From positions 30,613-94,612 of the forward strand of contig JANQPL010000008.1 in NCBI GenBank assembly GCA_028289425.1: a DNA stretch of 64,000 nt, in the 5' to 3' direction. Each line of letters begins with the position of its first letter. Position 1 is the first letter of the stretch. The notes under the pieces were generated by a model. The model searched no databases. It was not told where the DNA came from and saw only the letters and a list, made by a program, of their open reading frames with translations. A program made the translations under genes and the position numbers. Shown here piece by piece: positions 9,572 to 18,816 of this stretch. This DNA is from Alphaproteobacteria bacterium. Lineage in GTDB: Bacteria; Pseudomonadota; Alphaproteobacteria; JANQMY01.

Positions 9572-11134
9572 GTGACCGACCCGAGAATTGTCGTCATCGG
9601 GGCCGGAATAGGCGGTCTTGCCTGCGCCATTGAACTGGCGGCTAAGGGCTTCGATGTAAGGGTTGTCGAAAGGGCGTCGGCACCTGGCGGCAAAATGCAT
9701 ACTGTTGACGCGGACGGGCTTCCCATCGATGCGGGCCCCACCGTGCTGACCATGCGGTGGGTGTTCGACAGCCTGTTCGATCATGCGGGCACACGCCTAG
9801 AGCGCCATGTCACCCTTGAACCGCTGTCCATTTTGGCCCGCCACGCGTGGCAGGGCACCGACTATTTTGATCTCTACGCAGACCCCCAACAGGCAAGCGA
9901 TGCGGTAGCCGCATTTGCGGGCGCCCAAGCCGCCGAGGATTTGGCCGGTTTCAAAAAGGAAGCCGCCGCAATCTATGACGTGTTGAAGTCGACGTTTCTA
10001 ACGGCACCAAAGCCCAACCCGGTCCAACTGTCCCTGCGCGTCGGCCTGCATCGGATTGATCGCCTGTTGCGCATCCGCCCATTCGATACGTTGTGGTCGG
10101 CGCTCTCGCGCCATTTTAGCGACGATCGGCTGCGCCAACTCTTTGGCCGATACGCCACCTATTGCGGGGCGTCGCCCTTCTTGGCGCCTGCAACACTCAT
10201 GCTGATCGCAATGGTAGAGATGGATGGCGTGTGGAGCGTGAAGGGCGGGATGCAGAATTTGGCGCGCGCCTTGGCGGATGTGTTGCGCATGCAGGGCGGA
10301 ACCATCGGCTACGGACGGCACGTGGAAGACGTCGTCGTTCGAAGCGGTCGGACACACGGCGTACGACTCAACGGCGGGGAACGGATCGAGGCGGACGCGG
10401 TCGTTTTTAACGGCGACGCCGCAGCGCTGGCGACCGGATTGCTTGGCAAGGACGCGGCAGCCGGCGTGACGTCACACGTGCCCGTACCGGCGCGTTCCCT
10501 GTCGGCAATCACGTGGGCCATGTCCGCAAAGGTCAGCGGGTTTCCGTTGGTCCGCCACAATGTGTTCTTCGGCGGTGATTACAGATCGGAATTCGAGCAC
10601 ATATTCAAGCTTGGGCGCCTTCCCGAAGACCCGACCGTTTATGTCTGCGCACAGGACCGGCTGTCAGACCCCCTTGCCGATAATTCGCAGACGGAGCGAT
10701 TGCTCGTGCTTGTGAACGCACCGGCCCTTGCGGATTGCCAACCCCTTTCAAATGACGAGATCGACCAATGCGAAAAACAGGTTCTGGAGAAGCTGGACAG
10801 TCTTGGCCTAAACCTTCAAATACTGGATCAGCAGCGCTCGACGCCCGCAACCTTCCACCGGCGGTTTCCCGGATCCGGCGGCGCCCTTTACGGACGGGCA
10901 TCACACGGATGGCGGGCCACCTTTCAGCGCCCGCGGGAAACGACGCGCATTCGGGGCCTTTATCTGGCGGGGGGATCGGTGCATCCGGGACCGGGCGTGC
11001 CGATGGCAGCCCTTTCCGGCCAGATAGCCGCCCAGCGCTTGACCGCGGACCTGGCTTTGACACACTCGTCGCACCGGGCGGTTACCTTTGGTGGTATGTC
11101 GACGCGCTCAGTGAAGACCGCCGCCATGGACTGA
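9572..11134 (+). CDS. crtD: Methoxyneurosporene / hydroxyneurosporene 3,4-desaturase
   Basis: 520 aa, GTG start. IVVIGAGIGGLACAIELAAKGFDVRVVERASAPGGK FAD fold. CrtI-family C-terminus GGSVHPGPGVPMAALSG. Sits next to crtC. Confidence 0.92.
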   Translation: MTDPRIVVIGAGIGGLACAIELAAKGFDVRVVERASAPGGKMHTVDADGLPIDAGPTVLTMRWVFDSLFDHAGTRLERHVTLEPLSILARHAWQGTDYFDLYADPQQASDAVAAFAGAQAAEDLAGFKKEAAAIYDVLKSTFLTAPKPNPVQLSLRVGLHRIDRLLRIRPFDTLWSALSRHFSDDRLRQLFGRYATYCGASPFLAPATLMLIAMVEMDGVWSVKGGMQNLARALADVLRMQGGTIGYGRHVEDVVVRSGRTHGVRLNGGERIEADAVVFNGDAAALATGLLGKDAAAGVTSHVPVPARSLSAITWAMSAKVSGFPLVRHNVFFGGDYRSEFEHIFKLGRLPEDPTVYVCAQDRLSDPLADNSQTERLLVLVNAPALADCQPLSNDEIDQCEKQVLEKLDSLGLNLQILDQQRSTPATFHRRFPGSGGALYGRASHGWRATFQRPRETTRIRGLYLAGGSVHPGPGVPMAALSGQIAAQRLTADLALTHSSHRAVTFGGMSTRSVKTAAMD

Positions 11135-11964
11135 CCATCATCGCTTTTATTGGCAGCGTATTTTCGCCCTACTACGCCTGGAGCGGGCGCAGCGACCCAC
11201 TGAACCATTGTGCCCTGAACGTGGCGCTTTATGGCGTGAACGGAAAGCGGTGGGCAATGACGGAACGCAGCCGCCGCGCAGTTGCGCGCAACGCGACCGA
11301 GTTTGTGGTGGGCCCCAGCGCGTTGTCGTGGGAGGACGATACGCTCGTGATTACCATTCACGAAACTTCCGTCCCCATCCCATCTTCCCTCAAGGGAACG
11401 GTTCGCATACGCCCCAAAGTGTTGCCAAAAATTGTCTACCCCCTTGAAGAGGCGGAACGGCATTGGTGGCAACCGATTGCGCCCCAATGTGACATCGATG
11501 TTTCATTCACCGCACCGCGCTTGCGCTGGAAGGGGCAAGCCTATCTGGATTCCAATTACGGAAGCGCGCCATTGGAAGAAGACTTTGTCGGCTGGACATG
11601 GTCGCGGACCCACGAACAAGGGGGCGCCGGCGTGTTGTATGAGGCGCAGCTCAGGGACGGCAGCGAAACGGCCTTATCGGTTTTTGTCGATTCGAGCGGC
11701 AAAGTGGAGGATCAGCATTTCCTGCCTGTGCATCACCTTCCCAAAACCTTGTGGCGTATTGACCGGCAAACGCGCGCCGATGAGGGCACGCCGGTCAATA
11801 TTCTGCAGACCTTGGAAGACACGCCCTTCTATTCACGAACGCTCATTGAGGCGCAGCTTTTCGGACGGCCAACACAAGCTTTTCACGAGAGTCTGTCTTT
11901 GGATCGATTTGCAGCCCCTTGGGTGCGACTGATGCTTCCGTTCCGCATGCCGAGATTCTTTTAG
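10909..11964 (+). CDS. crtC: Acyclic carotenoid 1,2-hydratase (hydroxyneurosporene synthase)
   Basis: APGGYLWWYVDALSEDRRHGLTIIAFIGSVFSPYYAWSG ... LDSNYGSAPLEEDFVGWTWSR ... TPFYSRTLIEA. The conserved part already starts near 11040, inside the crtD 3' end. The only canonical in-frame start upstream is the ATG at 10909, so the start is uncertain. Confidence 0.85.
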   Translation: MAGHLSAPAGNDAHSGPLSGGGIGASGTGRADGSPFRPDSRPALDRGPGFDTLVAPGGYLWWYVDALSEDRRHGLTIIAFIGSVFSPYYAWSGRSDPLNHCALNVALYGVNGKRWAMTERSRRAVARNATEFVVGPSALSWEDDTLVITIHETSVPIPSSLKGTVRIRPKVLPKIVYPLEEAERHWWQPIAPQCDIDVSFTAPRLRWKGQAYLDSNYGSAPLEEDFVGWTWSRTHEQGGAGVLYEAQLRDGSETALSVFVDSSGKVEDQHFLPVHHLPKTLWRIDRQTRADEGTPVNILQTLEDTPFYSRTLIEAQLFGRPTQAFHESLSLDRFAAPWVRLMLPFRMPRFF

Positions 11965-11995
11965 GCGATAAATGGCACCCGCACGACAAGTCGGG

Positions 11996-12181
11996 TCAGG
12001 AAGACCGGTCTTGCTCTAGATCGGTTTGTTGATCGTGCTGATCGCGTTGTTTTTCGGCTTCCTCTTTTTCCCTGTCTTCCCGCATGCTGCGGCGTACCGA
12101 CCACAATTCCCATGACGCCCAGGCAAGCGCCGCGCCGCTGAAGACGAGCAATTCGAGGAGAAAGAGGTAGTTTCTGTCCAT
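11996..12181 (-). CDS. Hypothetical 61-aa single-pass membrane protein
   Basis: MDRNYLFLLELLVFSGAALAWASWELWSVRRSMREDREKEEAEKQRDQHDQQTDLEQDRSS: one hydrophobic helix plus a charged tail. It lies directly downstream of crtB on the same strand. No recognisable family and only a weak SD. Confidence 0.3.
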   Translation of the reverse strand: MDRNYLFLLELLVFSGAALAWASWELWSVRRSMREDREKEEAEKQRDQHDQQTDLEQDRSS

Positions 12182-12225
12182 GCCACTTTCGCAATGCTCT
12201 CATGGCGCGGGCATTGGAAGAGCCC

Positions 12226-13293
12226 TTAGGGATTTGCCCGTTGTGCTGCTTCCCGTTGCTCCAATCTGACAAACAATTCGGCAAGCCAAAGGAATCGCTC
12301 GACGGCAGTCGCATTGGAAATAACGCCGTTCGCAGTATCGGCGGCGGCGGACATTGCCCCTGCATGCACAAGGAAGGCCGTTTCGGCAAGGGGCGGCAGA
12401 TCGTGGTGTGGGCTGGCCCGGCCCATCAGATTCGATAGTGCCGATCCTACAAGTTTGAGCTTGTTCTTTGCCGAGACATGCGCGCGGTCCGACACGCTAT
12501 CGTGGCCGGCGCGGGATACTTCCACGCCGATCGCATGATAAAGCCGGCGGGCTACCATGATCCCGGGCCTGCAGCGCAAGGGCAGTCCCAATATGCCTGT
12601 ATCGGCGCGCTCATACAGGCGATCGGCGCAAATCAAAAGCCGTTCGACGACATCCCCTAGGGCGGGTGAGAATTGTGGATTCGCCAACCAACGATCCGGA
12701 TCGATTCCTGCATCCCGCAACCAGGTTCGCGGCAAGTAGATCCTTCCCATGCGGGCATCTTCACCCACATCGCGTGCAATGTTCGTCAATTGCATCGCCA
12801 CGCCCAAATCGCAGGCCCGGGCCAACAAATCACGCGAACGCACGCCCATAAGGATCGACATCATGACACCGACGGATCCGGCCACCCGTGCCCCATAGGC
12901 GTAGACATCCGGCAGGGTTTCGAAAGTTCTGCCTTCAAAGTCCCACTCAAGGCCTTCGATCAACGCCTCCGGCAATTCACGCGGCATATTGTGTTTGACC
13001 ACCACATCCGTCATCGCCCGATCTACGGGGCTGTCTTCGGGATCGTGGTCATAGACACGATCCAGGCGGACCTTCAGACGGCTGATGGCCGCCGATCCGC
13101 CATCCGTTTCATCGACGAGATCATCCGCGATGCGGCAGAAGGCATAGAGCGCAAGGGCGTCGTCGCGAACGCGCCGCGGCAACAGAAACGATGCCGCATG
13201 AAACGATTTCGATCCGTGCCTGATCAATTCCCGGCACGCGGCGCGATCCGCCTCGGAGGACCATTCCGTATTCTTAAGCAAATTGGATTGCAT
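12226..13293 (-). CDS. crtB: Phytoene synthase
   Basis: 355 aa. SKSFHAASFLLPRRVRDDALALYAFCRIADDLVDE and LTNIARDVGEDARMGRIYLP. Confidence 0.95.
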   Translation of the reverse strand: MQSNLLKNTEWSSEADRAACRELIRHGSKSFHAASFLLPRRVRDDALALYAFCRIADDLVDETDGGSAAISRLKVRLDRVYDHDPEDSPVDRAMTDVVVKHNMPRELPEALIEGLEWDFEGRTFETLPDVYAYGARVAGSVGVMMSILMGVRSRDLLARACDLGVAMQLTNIARDVGEDARMGRIYLPRTWLRDAGIDPDRWLANPQFSPALGDVVERLLICADRLYERADTGILGLPLRCRPGIMVARRLYHAIGVEVSRAGHDSVSDRAHVSAKNKLKLVGSALSNLMGRASPHHDLPPLAETAFLVHAGAMSAAADTANGVISNATAVERFLWLAELFVRLEQREAAQRANP

Positions 13294-14803
13294 CTGGCAC
13301 CACGCTGTCTAAGACTCTTGCGGAAGAAAGTACGCCCGGTACACCGGCGCCCGGATGTGTTCCGGCGCCTACGAGAAACAAATTGTCCACATCTTCGCTT
13401 TTGTTGTGCGGCCGGAACCAAGCGCTTTGGGTCAAAACCGGTTCAAGGCCAAACCCGGCCCCTTTGACCGACAAGAACCGGTTCTCGAAGTCCGTGGGTG
13501 TCATCATACGCGACGTGACCACATGCTCTTCGAACCCCGGCAATAGGCGTTCGGAAATGCGCTGAGCGATCGCCTGCCGATACGGTTCCGCTTGCGTCGA
13601 CCAGTCGACGCCACTGTCAAGATTGGGCACCGGCGACAACACATAGAAGGCATCGCAACCATCGGGGGCAAGATTGGGATCGCTTGCGGTCGGCCGATGG
13701 ACATAGAGACTGAAGTCATCCGCCAGCACTTTCCGATCGAAGATATCCGTTACGAGGCCCTTATATCGCGGCCCCAGCAAAATCGTGTGATGGGGCACCT
13801 CCGGATATTGCTTTTTTGTGCCGAAATACCAAACGACCAATCCCATGGAGTAACGTGCGCGCCGTATATGCGCATCGCTCCAACGGCGCCGCGGCGCTTT
13901 TCCCAACAACTCACGATAGGTCCATGCCGCATCGGCGTTCGATACCACAATCGACGCCCGCAGTTCTTCCCCGGAGCTAAGGCGCACACCAATTGCCCGC
14001 CGGCCTTCGGTCAGAATCTCTGAGACTTCCTGGTTGTAGCGTATGTGGTTGCCCTGCCCTTCCAAAAGATCAACAAGGCCTTGAACCAGCGCGCCGGTGC
14101 CGCCTTTCGCGAAGTGCACTCCCCATTTGCGCTCCAAATAGGAGATTAAACAGTAGACGGATGTTGTCGTGAACGGATTGCCACCAACGAAAAGCGGGTG
14201 GAAGCTCAAGGCAAAGCGCAGATAATCGTTTTTCACGTACGAGGCCACCGCGCCATGAACGGTCTGCAGGCCGCGTAAGCGCAGCAATGCCGGCGCCACG
14301 CGCACCATGCTGCCAAAATTCGAGAAGGGCACATGGCCGAGCTGTTCGAAACCGACTCGAAAGATCTCCTCGCTGTAGCGCATGAAGCGCCGGTAGCCAT
14401 CCAAGTCACCAGGCGCGATACGGGCGATTTCATTTTCCATCGCCTGTTCGCTTGCGTGGCAATCGATGTGGGCGCCGTCATCGAATTGGATTGTGTAGAA
14501 CGGATCTAAGGAGACAAGGTCGATCTCCTCCGAAAAACTGCGCCCGCACAGGGCCCAAAGCTCTTCGAACAAAAACGGCGCGGTGATGATCGTCGGCCCG
14601 GCGTCGAAGGTAAATCCGTCCTGCCGAAAAACGTTGGCGCGCCCGCCCGGCTGGTCCAAACGTTCCAACACCGTCACCCGGTAACCCTTCGCACCCAAGC
14701 GCACGGCCGCCGCCAAACCGCCAAACCCACTGCCGATCACAATCGCATGCGGCCGATTGGGATCTGCGGTCAATCGCGTGTCTTGGTGGACGCGTTTCAA
14801 CAT
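13274..14803 (-). CDS. crtI: Phytoene desaturase
   Basis: AIVIGSGFGGLAAAVRLGAKGYRVTVLERLDQPGGRA ... FLVGAGTHPGAGVPGVLSSA. ATG at 14803 preferred. A TTG at 14854 would overlap bchO. 20-nt overlap with crtB. Confidence 0.94.
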   Translation of the reverse strand: MLKRVHQDTRLTADPNRPHAIVIGSGFGGLAAAVRLGAKGYRVTVLERLDQPGGRANVFRQDGFTFDAGPTIITAPFLFEELWALCGRSFSEEIDLVSLDPFYTIQFDDGAHIDCHASEQAMENEIARIAPGDLDGYRRFMRYSEEIFRVGFEQLGHVPFSNFGSMVRVAPALLRLRGLQTVHGAVASYVKNDYLRFALSFHPLFVGGNPFTTTSVYCLISYLERKWGVHFAKGGTGALVQGLVDLLEGQGNHIRYNQEVSEILTEGRRAIGVRLSSGEELRASIVVSNADAAWTYRELLGKAPRRRWSDAHIRRARYSMGLVVWYFGTKKQYPEVPHHTILLGPRYKGLVTDIFDRKVLADDFSLYVHRPTASDPNLAPDGCDAFYVLSPVPNLDSGVDWSTQAEPYRQAIAQRISERLLPGFEEHVVTSRMMTPTDFENRFLSVKGAGFGLEPVLTQSAWFRPHNKSEDVDNLFLVGAGTHPGAGVPGVLSSARVLDSVVPDAIQFA

Positions 14804-14846
14804 CCCATACCCCCCAAATCCATGCGATTGTTGTCGTCTGCCCTGG

Positions 14847-15758
14847 TCATTCAATTGCCTCGCGGATCAATGCCGCCAGTCGCTCGGCGTCCTCTTCGTG
14901 GGCAAGGTGCCCCAGACCTTTCTCGCGGATCACTTCCGCGTCCGGCACGAGCTGTTTCACCTCATAGGCCACGGTTGGCGGAACCGCCGCATCGTTCGTT
15001 CCTACAAAGAGCTTTAGGGGCACCTCAAGTTGGCCGAAATCTCTCTGAAGCGGGGCAAGGTTCCAATTGGCCATCATTTCGATTGTCGATTCCACATGGC
15101 GGGTATTGCCCAACAGAAGCTGGTAGTAAGAAAGCCCTTCCGGGTCCAGGGATGAGCCGGTACCTCGAATGAGACGCCGTATCGCATCGGGATCGCGGGC
15201 AAGCCGCGAAATGATCGGTGCCGCAAAGGGGTTGAGGAATATCAGCCTGGCCAGAGCAGGAAACAAAACACCGGACATGCCGGGAAACGGCAGGAGCGCA
15301 CCGTTCAAGCTGACAATCCATTCCGGCGATGCGATTTTGTCGAGGACCATTCTGGCGCCGATGGCCGCCCCGGCGGAATGTCCGACAATGCCCGTGGGCC
15401 GGACGTCCAAACTATCCATCAGCCGACCGACACCTTGTGCCATATGTGGCAATGATTGCCGCTTCTTGCGGTCCCGCCCGGTAAACCCATGCCCGGGAAG
15501 GTCGGGTGCGATGACCCTAAAGGTCTTCGCAAGCAAAGGCATCAGCCCGCGCCAAGAATGGGTTGCGGCCCCGGTACCATGGAGCAGCAAGAGATCCGGC
15601 CCGCGTCCCATGATTTGGACGTGCCATACCGCATTTTCCAAAGTTACGAAGCGGCTTGAGGCGCGATTTGGCCAAGCCGCACCATCCGTGTCCCAATGCA
15701 AGGCATCGCTGAAATGTGGCCGAGCCGGTGCCGTTTCTGCGCTCACATGTACCATCAC
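14847..15758 (-). CDS. bchO: Alpha/beta-hydrolase, Mg-chelatase accessory protein BchO
   Basis: 303 aa. LLLLHGTGAATHSW, nucleophile elbow VGHSAGAAIG, C-terminal GHLAHEE. Position bchI-D-O. Confidence 0.85.
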   Translation of the reverse strand: MMVHVSAETAPARPHFSDALHWDTDGAAWPNRASSRFVTLENAVWHVQIMGRGPDLLLLHGTGAATHSWRGLMPLLAKTFRVIAPDLPGHGFTGRDRKKRQSLPHMAQGVGRLMDSLDVRPTGIVGHSAGAAIGARMVLDKIASPEWIVSLNGALLPFPGMSGVLFPALARLIFLNPFAAPIISRLARDPDAIRRLIRGTGSSLDPEGLSYYQLLLGNTRHVESTIEMMANWNLAPLQRDFGQLEVPLKLFVGTNDAAVPPTVAYEVKQLVPDAEVIREKGLGHLAHEEDAERLAALIREAIE

Positions 15759-17551
15759 GCAGCGCTCTCGTAACTGGCGGCGATGTTTACGGCGTCACGC
15801 ACTGCATCAGCGTGGGGATAGGGAAGCGGCACGTAGCTCGCACCCATGGCGGCCGAAAGTTCTTTTCCTTGTGGCCGGGGCCTGGGGGCCGTGTCGACGA
15901 ATATGGCCGGGAGCCCATCGGCATCAATCATCTGAGCGCTCGCCAGCGCCTCTTCATGTGCGCGCGCGCGATCGACAGTGCCGTCACGCGCGATATTCGC
16001 CTGCCCGTCGGTGAGAACAACGATGGTCGGGTCACGCCCTTGCCGCCGTTCGCCCAAAGCGATTGCCCGCGCAGTCTCCAACCCCGCCGCCAAAGGCGTT
16101 CCGCCGCCGCCCGGCAAGTTGGCCAAACACGACTTAGCACGGGCGAGGGAACGCGTTGGTGGCAACAACACTTCCGCTTCCGTCCCGCGAAAGGCCACCA
16201 GGGCCGCATGCGCACGGCTGACATATGCTTCCGACAACAACAACTCGACCGCACCTTTCGCTTCGGCGAGACGGTGAAATGCCGACGAGCCTGATGCATC
16301 GACACAAAAGACAGTGCTGGTCACGCGCCGTTGGGCGAACCTCTGTATACGGAAATCATCGGGCAGCACGCGTATGAGGTTCCGGTGCGCCCGATTATCG
16401 TCTTGATCCTGCTGCCGCAATTTTTGCCACGGCGCCGCGGTTTGAAGGGTCGCCACCAAATTGAGACGGGCGCCATGAGCGAGCGCGCCCGGCCTCACCC
16501 CAATTGGTTTGCCCCGGCGCACACTCTTTTCCAGCATGCCCGCGCCACGGCGACGGTTTGCGGCCCCACCCCCCGCCTTGCGCCGCGTATTGCCGTCAAG
16601 CAAACCCGCGGGCAGAGCAGCCGCGGCGGCCGCGACCAGCACCTCATCAAGAACCGGCGGCTGTTCCGTTTCGGAATCCGCTTGTTCGGTCTCGGACAAA
16701 TCCGTGGGTTCGCTTTCCTCGGGTGTTTCTTCCTGCGGTTCATCAGATTGAGGCCACTGGAGAGCTCTGGGCGCCAAGACCAATCGCACCGCGGATTCCA
16801 GATCTTCGGGACCGATCTGGGTTCGGCCCGCCAATGCAGCGGACGCCCGTGCGGCCCGCATGGCAAACAGGGGCGCTGTCATGCCATTGATGCCCAGGGC
16901 AGCGGCCAGCGCGACAATCGACTCAATCTGGGTATCCGAAAGCGGTCTCATCTTGGAAAGGCGCTTGCTGGCCTTGCCAATCTGGTCCCTTGCCGCGCCG
17001 GCGGAGACTGCGTTGCGAACGCCGATCTCCCGCAAATCGATGTGAAACGCGGTGCGTTCGGCAAGAATGGCCGGCGTGCCTTCTTCGTCCACGTCACTTT
17101 CATCAAAAAGCACGAGACCAAACTCAGCGGCCCGCCGTTCGTTGAGCCCATTTCGCGCGACAACCACGCAGCCTTGATCCATTGCCTGCGCGATGTGGAC
17201 GGCCGCTCCCGCCCCAAGACGCTCGCCCATGGGCACCAAAAGAAAACCGCCATCGGCCTCCGCCAACAGCCCGCTTTGGCCGATGGGGCGCCCGGCCTTG
17301 AGCGTGGCTGATAGATCAAGACCGCCAATCAAACGATCTTCGTCGACGCTCGCCGGCACCCGCCGAAGGGGCAGCTCTGTCGAATTGCATTCAGAGAGAA
17401 CAGCCATCAGGCGGTCTCGAACAGGACCGGCGGGCGACCGAACGATAAGCCCACCAAGTCCAAGCCGATCCACGCAGAACAAATTGATGGCATGCACCGC
17501 GTCGGCCCAGAGGGTCTCGGGCGAGCGCGGTTCGGTTTCGGTCGCGGTCAT
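15755..17551 (-). CDS. bchD: Mg-chelatase subunit D
   Basis: AAA-like N-domain, acidic/Pro-rich linker (QSDEPQEETPEESEPTDLSETEQADSETEQPP), C-terminal vWA with MIDAS VFCVDASGSSA. The ATG at 17551 overlaps the bchI stop (ATGA). The track ORF extends to 17767. Confidence 0.93.
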   Translation of the reverse strand: MTATETEPRSPETLWADAVHAINLFCVDRLGLGGLIVRSPAGPVRDRLMAVLSECNSTELPLRRVPASVDEDRLIGGLDLSATLKAGRPIGQSGLLAEADGGFLLVPMGERLGAGAAVHIAQAMDQGCVVVARNGLNERRAAEFGLVLFDESDVDEEGTPAILAERTAFHIDLREIGVRNAVSAGAARDQIGKASKRLSKMRPLSDTQIESIVALAAALGINGMTAPLFAMRAARASAALAGRTQIGPEDLESAVRLVLAPRALQWPQSDEPQEETPEESEPTDLSETEQADSETEQPPVLDEVLVAAAAAALPAGLLDGNTRRKAGGGAANRRRGAGMLEKSVRRGKPIGVRPGALAHGARLNLVATLQTAAPWQKLRQQDQDDNRAHRNLIRVLPDDFRIQRFAQRRVTSTVFCVDASGSSAFHRLAEAKGAVELLLSEAYVSRAHAALVAFRGTEAEVLLPPTRSLARAKSCLANLPGGGGTPLAAGLETARAIALGERRQGRDPTIVVLTDGQANIARDGTVDRARAHEEALASAQMIDADGLPAIFVDTAPRPRPQGKELSAAMGASYVPLPYPHADAVRDAVNIAASYESAA

Positions 17552-18705
17552 GATCCGAACACATCGGCTAAGGCACGCTCTATCCGCGCGTCGGAACCGG
17601 CTTGATCGAGCGGATCGCGGCGCAGCCGATGTCCCAGCGCCATTGCGGCGACGTCGAAAATATGTGATTCCGCAACGGCCTTGGCGGCGTCCAGGGCAGC
17701 CGCGGCCCGTGCCGCGCGCATCAATGTCAGTTCCCCGCGCAGCCCGTCCGAACCGATCCGCATGCACAGTGTTGAAATGAGTTCGAGGATTTTGTCGTCG
17801 ACTTCAATGTCGTGAAGCCGCTTCTGCGCGTTCACGATTCGCCGGGCGATCTTATTGTTTTGTTTCTGCCAATCAGCGGCAAATGCCTCAGGATCGCGGT
17901 CGAACGCTTCGCGGCGCTTGATCACTTCGATGCGCTGTTTGATGTCGGTGGGTGTTTTGACGTCTACGGACAGGCCGAAACGATCGAGCAGTTGCGGCCG
18001 CAATTCGCCTTCTTCCGGATTGCCGCTTCCCACCAACACAAACCGGCTGGGATGACGAACGCTTAAGCCTTCGCGCTCCACAATGTTTTCGCCCGACGCC
18101 GCCACATCGAGCAGCAGGTCGACCAAGTGATCTTCGAGAAGATTCACCTCGTCGATATAGAGAAAGCCGCGATGGGCCTTCGCCAGCAGGCCCGGTTCGA
18201 ACACTTTTTCGCCGCTGGACAGGGCACGTTCCAAATCGAGAGCGCCGACAATGCGGTCTTCAGTGGCGCCAAGAGGCAAATCCACAACCGGCACCGGCTC
18301 TGTATTGCTGCGCGGGCGGGTTTTGCCGGCCCGTTGCGTGCATTCCGAAGCGCAGGCCGAGGCTTTCGAACGCGGATCGCAGTTAAACCGGCACCCTGTG
18401 ATCACGCGCATGGGCGGCAGCAAGCACGCCAGCGACCTCACTGCCGTGGACTTTCCCGTGCCCCGATCGCCGAAAACCATGACACCCCCGATCGTCGGAT
18501 CGGTCGCGGCAATCAGCAACGCCTTCTTCATGTCTTCCTGACCGACAATCGCGGAAAACGGAAAGACGGGACGTGCAATTACGGGGCTTGGTTGAACGGC
18601 CTTAGGCATGTTTTTCGAACGCTGTCCCGCCCGTGAGGTCGCTTGAGAACCCGACTCCTGAGGGTCGACAATCGGACCGGAACCATGCGCATCGAAGGCA
18701 TTCAT
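17548..18705 (-). CDS. bchI: Mg-chelatase ATPase subunit I
   Basis: FPFSAIVGQEDMKKALLIAATDPTIGGVMVFGDRGTGKSTAVR (Walker A). Start either ATG at 18705 (GAGG 14 nt upstream) or ATG at 18609. Confidence 0.95.
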   Translation of the reverse strand: MNAFDAHGSGPIVDPQESGSQATSRAGQRSKNMPKAVQPSPVIARPVFPFSAIVGQEDMKKALLIAATDPTIGGVMVFGDRGTGKSTAVRSLACLLPPMRVITGCRFNCDPRSKASACASECTQRAGKTRPRSNTEPVPVVDLPLGATEDRIVGALDLERALSSGEKVFEPGLLAKAHRGFLYIDEVNLLEDHLVDLLLDVAASGENIVEREGLSVRHPSRFVLVGSGNPEEGELRPQLLDRFGLSVDVKTPTDIKQRIEVIKRREAFDRDPEAFAADWQKQNNKIARRIVNAQKRLHDIEVDDKILELISTLCMRIGSDGLRGELTLMRAARAAAALDAAKAVAESHIFDVAAMALGHRLRRDPLDQAGSDARIERALADVFGS

Positions 18706-18746
18706 ACCGGCTATTTTACCTCACTTTATCGAGTTTTCCTCAGACT

Positions 18747-18800
18747 ACGGAGCATCTGCAACTGTTGTGTAATGAAAGACAGTTCGGGCAGATGCTCCGT
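18747..18800 (-). promoter_or_regulatory. Long intercistronic stem-loop between hemA and bchI
   Basis: ACGGAGCATCTGC (18747-18759) pairs with GCAGATGCTCCGT (18788-18800), 13 bp perfect. The stem is extended by AACTGT (18760-18765) / ACAGTT (18779-18784). It starts 17 nt after the hemA stop. No U-tract follows on either strand. Confidence 0.6.
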
Positions 18801-18816
18801 CATGCTTCACTTGGCA

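Noticed and set aside
15169-17311. Long plus-strand ORFs (15169-16014, 15716-16294, 16331-17311) opposite bchO/bchD
   Set aside because: They are antisense shadow ORFs with Arg/Pro-rich translations. The minus-strand genes have clear BchO and BchD motifs.
17552-17767. N-terminal extensions of track ORFs for bchD (also bchZ 3823-3912, crtF 8584-8676, lhaA 25687-25758, hemA 20038-20118, cytochrome c 42388-42525, rfbA 46312-46359)
   Set aside because: In each case an internal ATG coincides with the upstream gene stop (ATGA coupling) or has a good Shine-Dalgarno. The extension overlaps the neighbouring gene or is Arg-rich noise.
18760-18784. TGT...ACA palindrome (ACTGTTGTGTAATGAAAGACAGT) as a PpsR box upstream of bchI
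   Set aside because: The spacing is N13 or N10, not N12, and there is no partner box 8 bp away. It is better explained as the inner stem of the hemA-bchI hairpin.
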